From IMG/VR virus record IMGVR_UViG_2529292883_000007, positions 1 through 10,506 of that record: a stretch of DNA of 10,506 nt; one strand, written 5' to 3'. How positions within the stretch are numbered: the stretch's first letter is position 1; each line of letters starts with the position of its first letter. The stretch comes from a virus (Duplodnaviria > Heunggongvirae > Uroviricota > Caudoviricetes). The notes under the pieces are model-generated. The model was given only the letters and a program-made list of their open reading frames with translations. It was not told where the DNA came from and made no database searches. The translations under genes and the position numbers were made by a program. Below are positions 1 to 5,707 of this stretch, one piece after another.

Positions 1-411
1 TCAAAAAAAGTTTCCCTGATAAAACCCCAGTACACGCTGCACAACTTCGCTCTTCCGGCACTCGCTACAAATTATGTTCAATCTCCTGTCGTAGCGACGT
101 ATTTCTCCGTCAGGTAATGACCAGATAAGGTCCGGATCAACCACAGATGGTTTCTTCACCTTTGCCCTCGAGAGTTTTTTGCGGGCATTTTGCCAGTCCT
201 TACGAGCCTGTTCTGACGGGAATAACCCGTAGCCAGAGTTGTATACATCGCCACTGGCAACCAGCTCTCTGGCCAGAACGCTCATCAGATATCTTGTTGC
301 CCCGGTTTTAGCTTCCTGTTGTCGTAACGTCTCGCGCCCACTCTGGCATACGAGTTCAACAACCTGCCCTTTAATTTTTTCTCGCTCTTCTTGTGTAAAT
401 ACTTTTGCCAT
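1..411 (-). CDS. Hypothetical phage protein, 136 aa, last gene of the leftward early operon
   Basis: Complete ORF on the minus strand (ATG at 411-409, stop TGA at 3-1), 40 nt downstream of the replication gene and co-oriented. No family recognised from the sequence. Confidence 0.45.
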   Translation of the reverse strand: MAKVFTQEEREKIKGQVVELVCQSGRETLRQQEAKTGATRYLMSVLARELVASGDVYNSGYGLFPSEQARKDWQNARKKLSRAKVKKPSVVDPDLIWSLPDGEIRRYDRRLNIICSECRKSEVVQRVLGFYQGNFF

Positions 412-451
412 AAGTCCTCCTGAAAATTACCTCATGACCTGAAATAAACAC

Positions 452-1417
452 TCACCCCCTGAATCCCGGTGGAATTTCGGTATCCGGTTCAGAAACATGA
501 TTCACACAACGCTGCGTCGGACCACGTCCCAGACGAATCACCAGTTCATCCCATTTTTCGCGAAGCTTTGACGGACTCATGATGTTTTTTACCCAGAATG
601 GATCCCGCTGTACCCGACCAAACATTTCGCAAATTTGCCTGTGCGTTCTTCCATCCAGCATCCGCATTGTGCGCACGTCATTGGCCCACGCGGTCCAGTT
701 GGGTTCTTTCGGTCGCGCGATCTCGCCATCATCGCTGGCAGCCTGTTCGTAAAGGCTCACGATTCGTCCCCAGATCCACTGCGCACACACCAAATCTTCC
801 TGGCTGCCCCACTGGCGTTTTTTTGCACTGAACACAACCGCGTCAGGATGTCGGGTTAAAAAATCCTGTTCAGCCGTCTGCGGGTCCGGTTGCGAAGCTT
901 CCGGACGAGAAGTGTTTTTATTCTCTGTAGTAATCTCTGTTGTATTCTCTGTAAGATCATCGGGCCATTTTGACCCGATGACATTGGGTCGTCTTGAACC
1001 AATGGAGCGTGTCATTTTGGCCTCTTCCATCGTGTCATTTTGACCTGATGGAGCGGCGCATTTTGACCTGATGGATTCGCTCAATTTGCCACCATCTAAA
1101 AGCTCGCTCTCGTAATTAATCGTGTAAAAATTAGTCATGTCACGCTTTGATTTATTGAGTTTTTCGCAACGCAAAAGCCCCAGCGTTTTCAGACTTGCAA
1201 ATGCGCGTTTTAACGTTGATTCAGACCAGAACGGAAACTGTTCCAGCCATTGTTCCGTTGTGTTATAAATCCAGCGAACCCCGTCACATTCCATACCGGA
1301 ACCGGTATCTCTCAACCAGTAATGCAGCTGCTGCAACACGATGGCTTCGTTCAGACCAATTTTCATCGCCAGCTGCGTGTTTATAACCAGCGGGCGTTCA
1401 GCAAAAAGGAGCTTCAT
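452..1417 (-). CDS. Putative replication initiation protein (lambda O-like organisation)
   Basis: 321-aa ORF whose ATG (1417-1415) is preceded by a GGGGGAGGGG Shine-Dalgarno. The N-terminal part has a winged-helix-like pattern; the middle of the gene carries iteron-like direct repeats followed by an AT-rich stretch, as in lambda O/ori. It sits after Cro-like and YdaT-like genes as in lambdoid pR operons. Family assignment is from memory only. Confidence 0.6.
   Translation of the reverse strand: MKLLFAERPLVINTQLAMKIGLNEAIVLQQLHYWLRDTGSGMECDGVRWIYNTTEQWLEQFPFWSESTLKRAFASLKTLGLLRCEKLNKSKRDMTNFYTINYESELLDGGKLSESIRSKCAAPSGQNDTMEEAKMTRSIGSRRPNVIGSKWPDDLTENTTEITTENKNTSRPEASQPDPQTAEQDFLTRHPDAVVFSAKKRQWGSQEDLVCAQWIWGRIVSLYEQAASDDGEIARPKEPNWTAWANDVRTMRMLDGRTHRQICEMFGRVQRDPFWVKNIMSPSKLREKWDELVIRLGRGPTQRCVNHVSEPDTEIPPGFRG
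966..1075. repeat. Iteron-like direct repeats (putative origin of replication inside the O-like gene)
   Basis: Two perfect copies of CATTTTGACCTGATGGA at 1036-1052 and 1059-1075, near-copies at 966-982 and 1013-1029, and a degenerate copy around 982-1007, all with about 23-bp spacing. An AT-rich tract lies at 905-958 on the downstream side in the coding orientation; it also holds three 12-13-bp repeats (ATTCTCTGTA-type). Confidence 0.5.
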
Positions 1418-1438
1418 CCCCTCCCCCAGAACACGTTA

Positions 1439-1864
1439 TCAATGCACCACCACGGCATTTCCCGCCGGACCACCACGATTCATCTGATTGAAACCAGCAA
1501 TCACCACCGCGACAAGTTCATCAGCGTCTCGCACCAGTCGTTCATGCGCCTCCACCAGTTCCCGAAAATAAGCGGAACTGTGGCTGCGCATCCTGGCCAC
1601 CAGCGGAGGTGGCATTGCCTTTTCGATCGCTGGTAACAACGCCTGAATTTTTTTCACCGCATCAGGAGTATCTTTCTCCACCCAGCGGAAAATTTTCTGA
1701 GTATTGCGAGCTAGGGCTTCTGGGTGTGAATCGTCGTACAGTTCCGGAAACGTCATACCCAGCTCAAAATAAGCCTGGGTTATTTCAGCCGCCGGAACTT
1801 TTTCACCGTCCGGATACGCCCAGGCATTCATCGCCATGCGGATGTGTTCATGCTTGATTTTCAT
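1439..1864 (-). CDS. ydaT: YdaT-family protein (Rac prophage YdaT-like, CII-like position)
   Basis: 141-aa ORF starting MKIKHEHI..., which I recall as the YdaT N-terminus. Its ATG (1864-1862) overlaps the stop of the upstream Cro-like gene in an ATGA arrangement, implying translational coupling. Confidence 0.6.
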   Translation of the reverse strand: MKIKHEHIRMAMNAWAYPDGEKVPAAEITQAYFELGMTFPELYDDSHPEALARNTQKIFRWVEKDTPDAVKKIQALLPAIEKAMPPPLVARMRSHSSAYFRELVEAHERLVRDADELVAVVIAGFNQMNRGGPAGNAVVVH

Positions 1865-2121
1865 GAATCAACTCCCGCCACTTGCTGTGTGTTAGCCTGA
1901 AACTCAGCAGGCAAGCCGTCGGTTGGGTTGGGATAAATATCAGGGCGAATTTCATGCGGGGTAACTTCCCAGCTCATTAGCTGACATAACGGAATTACCT
2001 GCTTTGGGGGAACGCCAAAGCTAAACCATTGCCAAACAGTCTGTTGAGCGACCCCCATATAACGACCTATTTCAGCTTGAGAGAATTTCTGCCTAATTTT
2101 TTCGCGAGTGCTATCTATCAT
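1861..2121 (-). CDS. Cro/YdaS-like helix-turn-helix regulator
   Basis: 86-aa ORF with an HTH-like segment (SQAEIGRYMGVAQQTVWQW) and a GGAGG Shine-Dalgarno upstream of the ATG at 2121-2119. It is divergent from the repressor gene and first in the leftward operon. Confidence 0.65.
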   Translation of the reverse strand: MIDSTREKIRQKFSQAEIGRYMGVAQQTVWQWFSFGVPPKQVIPLCQLMSWEVTPHEIRPDIYPNPTDGLPAEFQANTQQVAGVDS

Positions 2122-2155
2122 TTTGCCCTCCTCTAAAAACTATAGGCAAAAGACT

Positions 2156-2194
2156 ACAATAAAAAACTGTGCACGATCAACAGTTTTTTATTGT
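2156..2194. promoter_or_regulatory. Operator O1: perfect inverted repeat with 15-bp arms and a 9-bp spacer, in the divergent promoter region
   Basis: ACAATAAAAAACTGT (2156-2170), spacer gcacgatca, ACAGTTTTTTATTGT (2180-2194); the arms are exact reverse complements. On the minus strand a TTGATC -35-like hexamer overlaps the palindrome and faces the Cro-like gene. Confidence 0.55.
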
Positions 2195-2230
2195 GATGCT
2201 TTTAACAGTATTTCCCTGTAAAATTGAACG

Positions 2231-2632
2231 ATGATGAACGCCTTAGAAGTATCTATGTACAGAATCAGCAAGCTTCTCCAAGAAACAGGATGGAGCCAGG
2301 CTGAGCTTGCTCGTAGAATTGGTGTGACACAACAAACTGTTCAACAATGGGTCAGCGGTAAAGCTACACCTAAAGCCTCAAGTTTGGATAAACTGGTTGA
2401 GGTTACAGGGCATCCATTGCATTGGTTTTTATTGCCTCCTGAAGAGGGTGAGCAAATCTTCACCCCTGATACGATGAAAATTGGTCCTCGCCAACGCGAA
2501 CTGCTCCAGGCTTTTAGTGCGTTTCCAGAAGAAGACCAAGAAAAAATGCTTCAGGAAATCAAAGACAAGAAAAAATCAATGGAAGAAACCATTGCTCGAT
2601 GGTTGGCGGCGCAAAAAATCCGCCGAGCGTGA
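2231..2632 (+). CDS. XRE-family HTH repressor (PaaR-like / DicA-analogous prophage repressor)
   Basis: 133-aa ORF with an N-terminal XRE HTH (SQAELARRIGVTQQTVQQWVSG). It is divergent from the Cro-like gene and lies directly upstream of the antitoxin and ParE genes, matching the paaR-paaA-parE three-gene layout as I remember it. Confidence 0.7.
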   Translation: MMNALEVSMYRISKLLQETGWSQAELARRIGVTQQTVQQWVSGKATPKASSLDKLVEVTGHPLHWFLLPPEEGEQIFTPDTMKIGPRQRELLQAFSAFPEEDQEKMLQEIKDKKKSMEETIARWLAAQKIRRA

Positions 2633-2657
2633 CCAGTGAACAAAGAGGAGTCATGTC

Positions 2658-2849
2658 ATGAGTACAGCCCTTTCTCCGATAGTTTCAGAATTCGAAACTA
2701 CCGAACAAGAAAACAGTTACAACGAATGGTTGCGCGCTAAAGTCGCGTCAAGCTTTGCAGATCATCGCCCCGCAATACCGCATGACGAGGTGATGGCTGA
2801 AATGGAAAATCTTATTGCTCAAATTGCTGCGACTAGCGGGAGTGTGTAA
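2658..2849 (+). CDS. PaaA-type small antitoxin (ParE-associated)
   Basis: 63-aa ORF with a GAGGAG Shine-Dalgarno 7 nt upstream. Its stop codon overlaps the start of the ParE reading frame (TAATG at 2847-2851). The sequence (SPIVSEFETTEQENSYNEWLRAKVA...) resembles PaaA-type antitoxins from memory. Confidence 0.6.
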   Translation: MSTALSPIVSEFETTEQENSYNEWLRAKVASSFADHRPAIPHDEVMAEMENLIAQIAATSGSV

Positions 2850-3138
2850 TGCTACCCATTTTATGGCTACCATCTGCTCGCGATGATTTGCGTCAGATCG
2901 TAGCCTATATTGCCAAGGAAAATGTTCCACAGCAGCTCGTAGACTAAAAATACGTATTGAAACGTCTGTTTTAGCCCTCTCAGAGCATCCATATCTATAT
3001 CCGCCAAGTGATAGAGTATCCGGTTTGCGGGAAATTGTAGCTCACCCTAATTATATCGTTTTGTACCGAGTAGCAGCTTCAAGCATTGAAATTGTAAATA
3101 TTGTGCATACCCGCAGACAGTTTCCCTTCCCTGCCTGA
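2849..3138 (+). pseudogene. parE: ParE-family toxin gene disrupted by a frameshift
   Basis: The frame from ATG 2849 encodes a ParE-like N-terminus (MLPILWLPSARDDLRQIVAYIAKENVP...) and stops at TAA 2945-2947. A different frame, open from 2887 to the TGA at 3136-3138, encodes a ParE-like C-terminus (...AARRLKIRIETSVLALSEHPYLYPPSDRVSGLREIVAHPNYIVLYRVAASSIEIVNIVHTRRQFP). The switch point is near 2927-2935. Confidence 0.6.
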
Positions 3139-3156
3139 ACCGAACGATTTTCACAC

Positions 3157-3180
3157 TCCCTCATACGAGGGATTTTTTTT
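3157..3180 (+). terminator. Intrinsic terminator after the repressor-TA operon
   Basis: Stem TCCCTC (3157-3162) / GAGGGA (3167-3172) with loop ATAC, followed by 8 T (3173-3180). Confidence 0.6.
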
Positions 3181-3191
3181 GCCAAAAAACA

Positions 3192-3235
3192 ACAATTAAA
3201 AACTGTTGACACCAAACAGTTTTTAATTGTAGATT
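3192..3235 (+). promoter_or_regulatory. Operator O2 overlapping a rightward early promoter (pL analogue)
   Basis: ACAATTAAAAACTGT (3192-3206), spacer tgacaccaa, ACAGTTTTTAATTGT (3216-3230); perfect 15-bp arms, one base different from O1. A consensus -35 TTGACA (3204-3209) straddles the left arm and spacer; a -10 candidate TAGATT lies at 3230-3235 but the spacing is long, so the exact -10 is uncertain. Confidence 0.55.
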
Positions 3236-3414
3236 GTTTTCACCAGCCCACCCCGTCCCACAGAATGCAGGGCAAAACTTCGAGTTACCAGGCAGTGGTC
3301 AGGGGTTAAGTAGCCAGCCCGAGGCGTATGAACATGACGGCAGGGATCAAATTTAATAACTATGCAGCAGGTTTTTGTTCCGCTACCCCGGCGTTAAGGG
3401 GAAATGAGGTCAAC

Positions 3415-3570
3415 ATGGAAACTATCGATCTTGGCAACAACGAATCTCTGGTGTGCGGTGTGTTTCCCAACCAGGACGGAACGTTCACCGCGATGACGTA
3501 TACAAAAAGCAAAACGTTTAAAACCGAATCTGGCGCGCGTCGTTGGTTGGTAAGACATTCAGGTGAATAA
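3415..3570 (+). CDS. ydfA: YdfA-like small protein (first gene of a dicB-operon-like transcript)
   Basis: 51-aa ORF (METIDLGNNESLV...) with a GAGGT Shine-Dalgarno 5 nt upstream. Its position downstream of the repressor-controlled promoter and upstream of DicF matches the Qin ydfA-ydfB-...-dicF order. An in-frame upstream start at 3328 or 3334 would give a 78-80-aa product and cannot be excluded. Confidence 0.5.
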   Translation: METIDLGNNESLVCGVFPNQDGTFTAMTYTKSKTFKTESGARRWLVRHSGE

Positions 3571-3571
3571 A

Positions 3572-3718
3572 ATGAACGAAACAGAATTAAAACACGTTAT
3601 CGCTCTGCTTCTGGAGGATGCAAAACGCCTCCAGCAACTGGAACCAAATGCAGGCACTGAAGCCCGCATCTGGCTGGCATTGTACGCTATTGAGTCAGGT
3701 CGTGATGATGAAGGTTAA
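3572..3718 (+). CDS. ydfB: YdfB-like small protein
   Basis: 48-aa ORF (MNETELKHVIALLLEDAKRLQQLEPNAGTEARIWLALYAIESGRDDEG), absent from the ORF track because it is under 60 aa. AGGTGA Shine-Dalgarno 5 nt upstream; the ATG is 1 nt after the ydfA-like stop. Confidence 0.45.
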   Translation: MNETELKHVIALLLEDAKRLQQLEPNAGTEARIWLALYAIESGRDDEG

Positions 3719-3999
3719 GCATCATCTAAGTTTTTTACATAGCGCCCATTAGATTCGGTAACAAGAACTCCGGGATTTTTCTTAACTTTTGAGGCCACTG
3801 ATTCAGCAAGGTTAGCAACAGATTCTTTGTCTTCATTCTTGCTTGAATATGTATATTCGGCATTAGGAAGTCGGTAGGTGTTCCCTGAAGAGGTTGTAAT
3901 CGTTCTGGAGAATCCCTTTGCTTCCATTCGTTCATGAAGCTTATCGTAATCAGCGGAACTGGAATCGCGAAGTTCGATCCTGACTGTAAATTTTGCCAT
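3715..3999 (-). CDS. Hypothetical 94-aa protein, convergent to the early operon
   Basis: ATG at 3999-3997 preceded by a strong GGAGGATAAA Shine-Dalgarno (the longer track ORF starts inside this SD, so the 94-aa form is preferred). Its stop overlaps the ydfB-like stop by 4 bp (TTAA at 3715-3718). Non-repetitive, protein-like composition; family not recognised. Confidence 0.6.
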   Translation of the reverse strand: MAKFTVRIELRDSSSADYDKLHERMEAKGFSRTITTSSGNTYRLPNAEYTYSSKNEDKESVANLAESVASKVKKNPGVLVTESNGRYVKNLDDA

Positions 4000-4335
4000 T
4001 TTATCCTCCATTAAGGGCTGAATTAAAAATGGAGACCAACACGCTGCTACGTGTGGTCGTGCGCCGGACACGGATAAGAATCCGGCACTGACAGTTTACT
4101 GAAAGGATATTTCCCTGAAAAGTCAGGGCATAACACGAAAGCGTACGGCGAAGGCCTTCACCTATGAGGTTTGTCGTTAAATTTCTTCGACCGTGCGCTT
4201 CCGGTTGTGGCACTCCGCGAAATGGCGCGGTGGTAAGTATGGCGGGGTTATTCCTTCCCCCGTTGAGGACACCGGGTTGTCAGGTTGACCATACACTTAA
4301 GTGACAACCCCGCTGCAACGCCCTCTGTTATCAAT

Positions 4336-4393
4336 TTTCTGGTGACGTTTGGCGGTATCAGTTTTACTCCGTGACTGCTCTGCCGCCCTTTTT
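4336..4393 (+). ncRNA. dicF: DicF small RNA (ftsZ-targeting prophage sRNA) with its 3' terminator hairpin
   Basis: TTTCTGGTGACGTTTGGCGGTATCAGTTTTACTCCGTGACTGCTCTGCCGCCC followed by TTTTT matches my recollection of the DicF sequence. It ends in a GGCGG...CCGCC hairpin plus a U-run, and lies downstream of ydfA/ydfB-like genes as in Qin. Confidence 0.7.
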
Positions 4394-4801
4394 AAAGTGA
4401 ATTTTGTGATGTGGTGAATGCGGCTAAGCGCACGCGGAACAGTTAAAAAAAATATTGTTATGGGTGGATTCTCTGTATCCGGCGTTAATTGTTAACTGGT
4501 TAACGTCACCTGGAGGCACCAGGCACCACATCAACAAAGTTTATTTAATTATGCGCGAATTAACCGTTATTCGTGCAGGGGATTTCTACACCTGAAATCC
4601 ACAGTTCTTTAATAATATGGATCGGGCTGTCACGTAAACCACAATTCGGGGTGCCGCCGAATGCCCTGATATATCCGCGGAACCGGAACACAGGGTCGGG
4701 ATGTGATTTTTTGAGCAAACCAAACTGGTGGCTTCCGACACTTGCGAGAAGTCCAAATTTAGACTAAATTATGACTAAATTTAACGACAAGGCCGTACTT
4801 C

Positions 4802-5035
4802 ATGAAAATAGAAACTATCAGCTACATCAAGAAAAACGCAGCCTCACTGGACCTGGCTGAACCAATTCTTGTCACGCAGAATGGTGTTCCTGCATACGTA
4901 ATTGAATCCTATGAGCAGCAACAGGAACGCGAGAATGCTATTGCGTTACTGAAACTTCTCACTATTTCAGAAAGTGACAGGTCTGAAGGCCGCGTGTTTT
5001 CAAAAGAACAGTTGCTGGATAGCTTTAACAAGTAA
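4802..5035 (+). CDS. Phd/YefM-family antitoxin
   Basis: 77-aa ORF (MKIETISYIKKNAASLDLAEPILVTQNGVPAYVIESYEQQQERENAIALLKLL...) with the Phd/YefM pattern. The toxin ORF follows 8 nt after its stop. Confidence 0.7.
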   Translation: MKIETISYIKKNAASLDLAEPILVTQNGVPAYVIESYEQQQERENAIALLKLLTISESDRSEGRVFSKEQLLDSFNK

Positions 5036-5043
5036 GGTTGACG

Positions 5044-5364
5044 ATGCAGATTGAATACACGCTTACCGCCAGAACAAGCCTTGAGCAAATTGCCGACCAT
5101 CTCCGGAGTAACGACATTGACCCACTCCCTGTAATAGAAGAAATTCTTGAACGATTTGAAACAAGAGTTACGGCATTCCCGTCCGGATGCCAGTTATGCC
5201 CGGAGTTGCTCAAACTTGGCGTGGCGAAATATAGAGAATGCAACACACCAGAAGGTTACAGAGTGCTGTACTCTGTAGAAGGGGATGTTATCACTGCACA
5301 CGCGGTTCTTTCCCAACGTCAGGATATTAAACAGTTACTGTTCAGGCGACTGATTAGAGCTTAG
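5044..5364 (+). CDS. RelE/ParE-superfamily toxin (putative)
   Basis: 106-aa ORF from ATG 5044 (the track begins at an in-frame TTG at 5038), with AAGG 6 nt upstream. ParE/RelE-like pattern (conserved N-terminal helix, and YRVLYSVEGDVITAHAVL near the C-terminus). Lies directly downstream of the Phd/YefM antitoxin. Confidence 0.55.
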   Translation: MQIEYTLTARTSLEQIADHLRSNDIDPLPVIEEILERFETRVTAFPSGCQLCPELLKLGVAKYRECNTPEGYRVLYSVEGDVITAHAVLSQRQDIKQLLFRRLIRA

Positions 5365-5382
5365 CAATCACAAATTCAGTAC

Positions 5383-5411
5383 CCCCTGTTCCCCCAAGTT
5401 CAGGGGTTTTT
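5383..5411 (+). terminator. Intrinsic terminator after the TA pair
   Basis: Stem CCCCTG (5383-5388) / CAGGGG (5401-5406) with a 12-nt loop, followed by TTTTTGCTTTT. Confidence 0.5.
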
Positions 5412-5426
5412 GCTTTTCTGAGGGTG

Positions 5427-5455
5427 TTGACGCTGGGAACTGTCAGGGGTATATT
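5427..5455 (+). promoter_or_regulatory. Near-consensus sigma70-type promoter upstream of rha
   Basis: -35 TTGACG (5427-5432), 17-nt spacer, -10 TATATT (5450-5455); predicted transcription start around 5462. Confidence 0.5.
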
Positions 5456-5510
5456 TTGTCCGCACCTCATAAAACGGGTGCCGGGCGTGGAAACCCGATG
5501 TTCACTAACG

Positions 5511-5543
5511 CGCATAACCGCGCTCAGGCGGTTTTTTTATGCG
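5511..5543 (+). terminator. Terminator/attenuator hairpin within the rha leader
   Basis: Inner stem CCGC (5518-5521) / GCGG (5528-5531) with loop GCTCAG, followed by 7 T (5532-5538). An outer stem CGCATAA (5511-5517) / TTATGCG (5537-5543) could alternatively sequester part of the U-run. It sits about 55-80 nt downstream of the predicted start. Confidence 0.45.
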
Positions 5544-5707
5544 TAATGCACAGCCACATTCAGATTATGGTGGGACGTGCAGGGCAGCCGCAAGGCTGGC
5601 CGGGTTCGTTAGTGACCGGTATTTCCACCCCTGTACGTCTCACCACCCTTATGGTCGTGGAAAACCTTGGTGGTGAGTTAATCAAATTCACTAACGAGGC
5701 TGCTATC

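Noticed and set aside
917-955. Tandem short repeats (ATTCTCTGTA-type, three copies), considered as a possible CRISPR or minisatellite
   Set aside because: Only three 12-13-bp units with no spacers of CRISPR size. They lie inside the replication gene, where they encode a repetitive TEN/TTE peptide linker and form the AT-rich side of the origin.
239-1857. Plus-strand ORFs overlapping the leftward operon (239-442, 598-831, 635-859, 1195-1386, 1250-1636, 1609-1857)
   Set aside because: Antisense to well-supported minus-strand genes, with no start signals and implausible composition. Treated as shadow ORFs.
2196-2233. Possible leaderless transcription of the repressor gene (TAAAAT at 2219-2224, 6 nt before the ATG at 2231, as for lambda cI from pRM)
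   Set aside because: No convincing -35 at the right spacing could be identified, so the idea is recorded but not annotated as a promoter.
3328-3414. Longer 80-aa form of the ydfA-like ORF starting at ATG 3328/3334
   Set aside because: The downstream ATG at 3415 has a better-placed Shine-Dalgarno and yields the 51-aa product consistent with a YdfA-like protein. The longer form cannot be excluded and is mentioned in the feature evidence.
4001-4213. 70-aa minus-strand ORF upstream of DicF
   Set aside because: Arginine-rich junk-like translation with no ribosome-binding site; it overlaps the ribosome-binding site of the real 94-aa gene. Likely a chance ORF.
4573-4767. 64-aa ORF in the DicF-to-TA intergenic region
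   Set aside because: It starts at GTG with no ribosome-binding site, has skewed composition and lies in a region that looks non-coding and structure-rich. Likely a chance ORF.
4394-4801. Search for a dicB coding sequence after DicF
   Set aside because: No ORF resembling DicB (about 62 aa, starting MKT...) and no ORF with a ribosome-binding site longer than about 20 codons was found on the plus strand, so dicB is considered absent rather than annotated.
5600-5625. GGTTCG motif and surrounding stems in the rha leader, considered as a tRNA-like T-arm
   Set aside because: No acceptor-stem, anticodon-arm or T-loop geometry could be assembled; the stems are 4-5 bp with the wrong loop sizes.
5456-5707. 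N-terminal 84-codon extension of the Rha ORF (the track's 268-aa ORF from TTG 5456, or from ATG 5498)
   Set aside because: The TTG lies inside the promoter -10, the extension contains a terminator hairpin plus U7, and the Rha domain begins at the ATG at 5708, which has its own GAGG Shine-Dalgarno. The stop-free frame is noted under the rha leader finding, but the extension is not called as coding.
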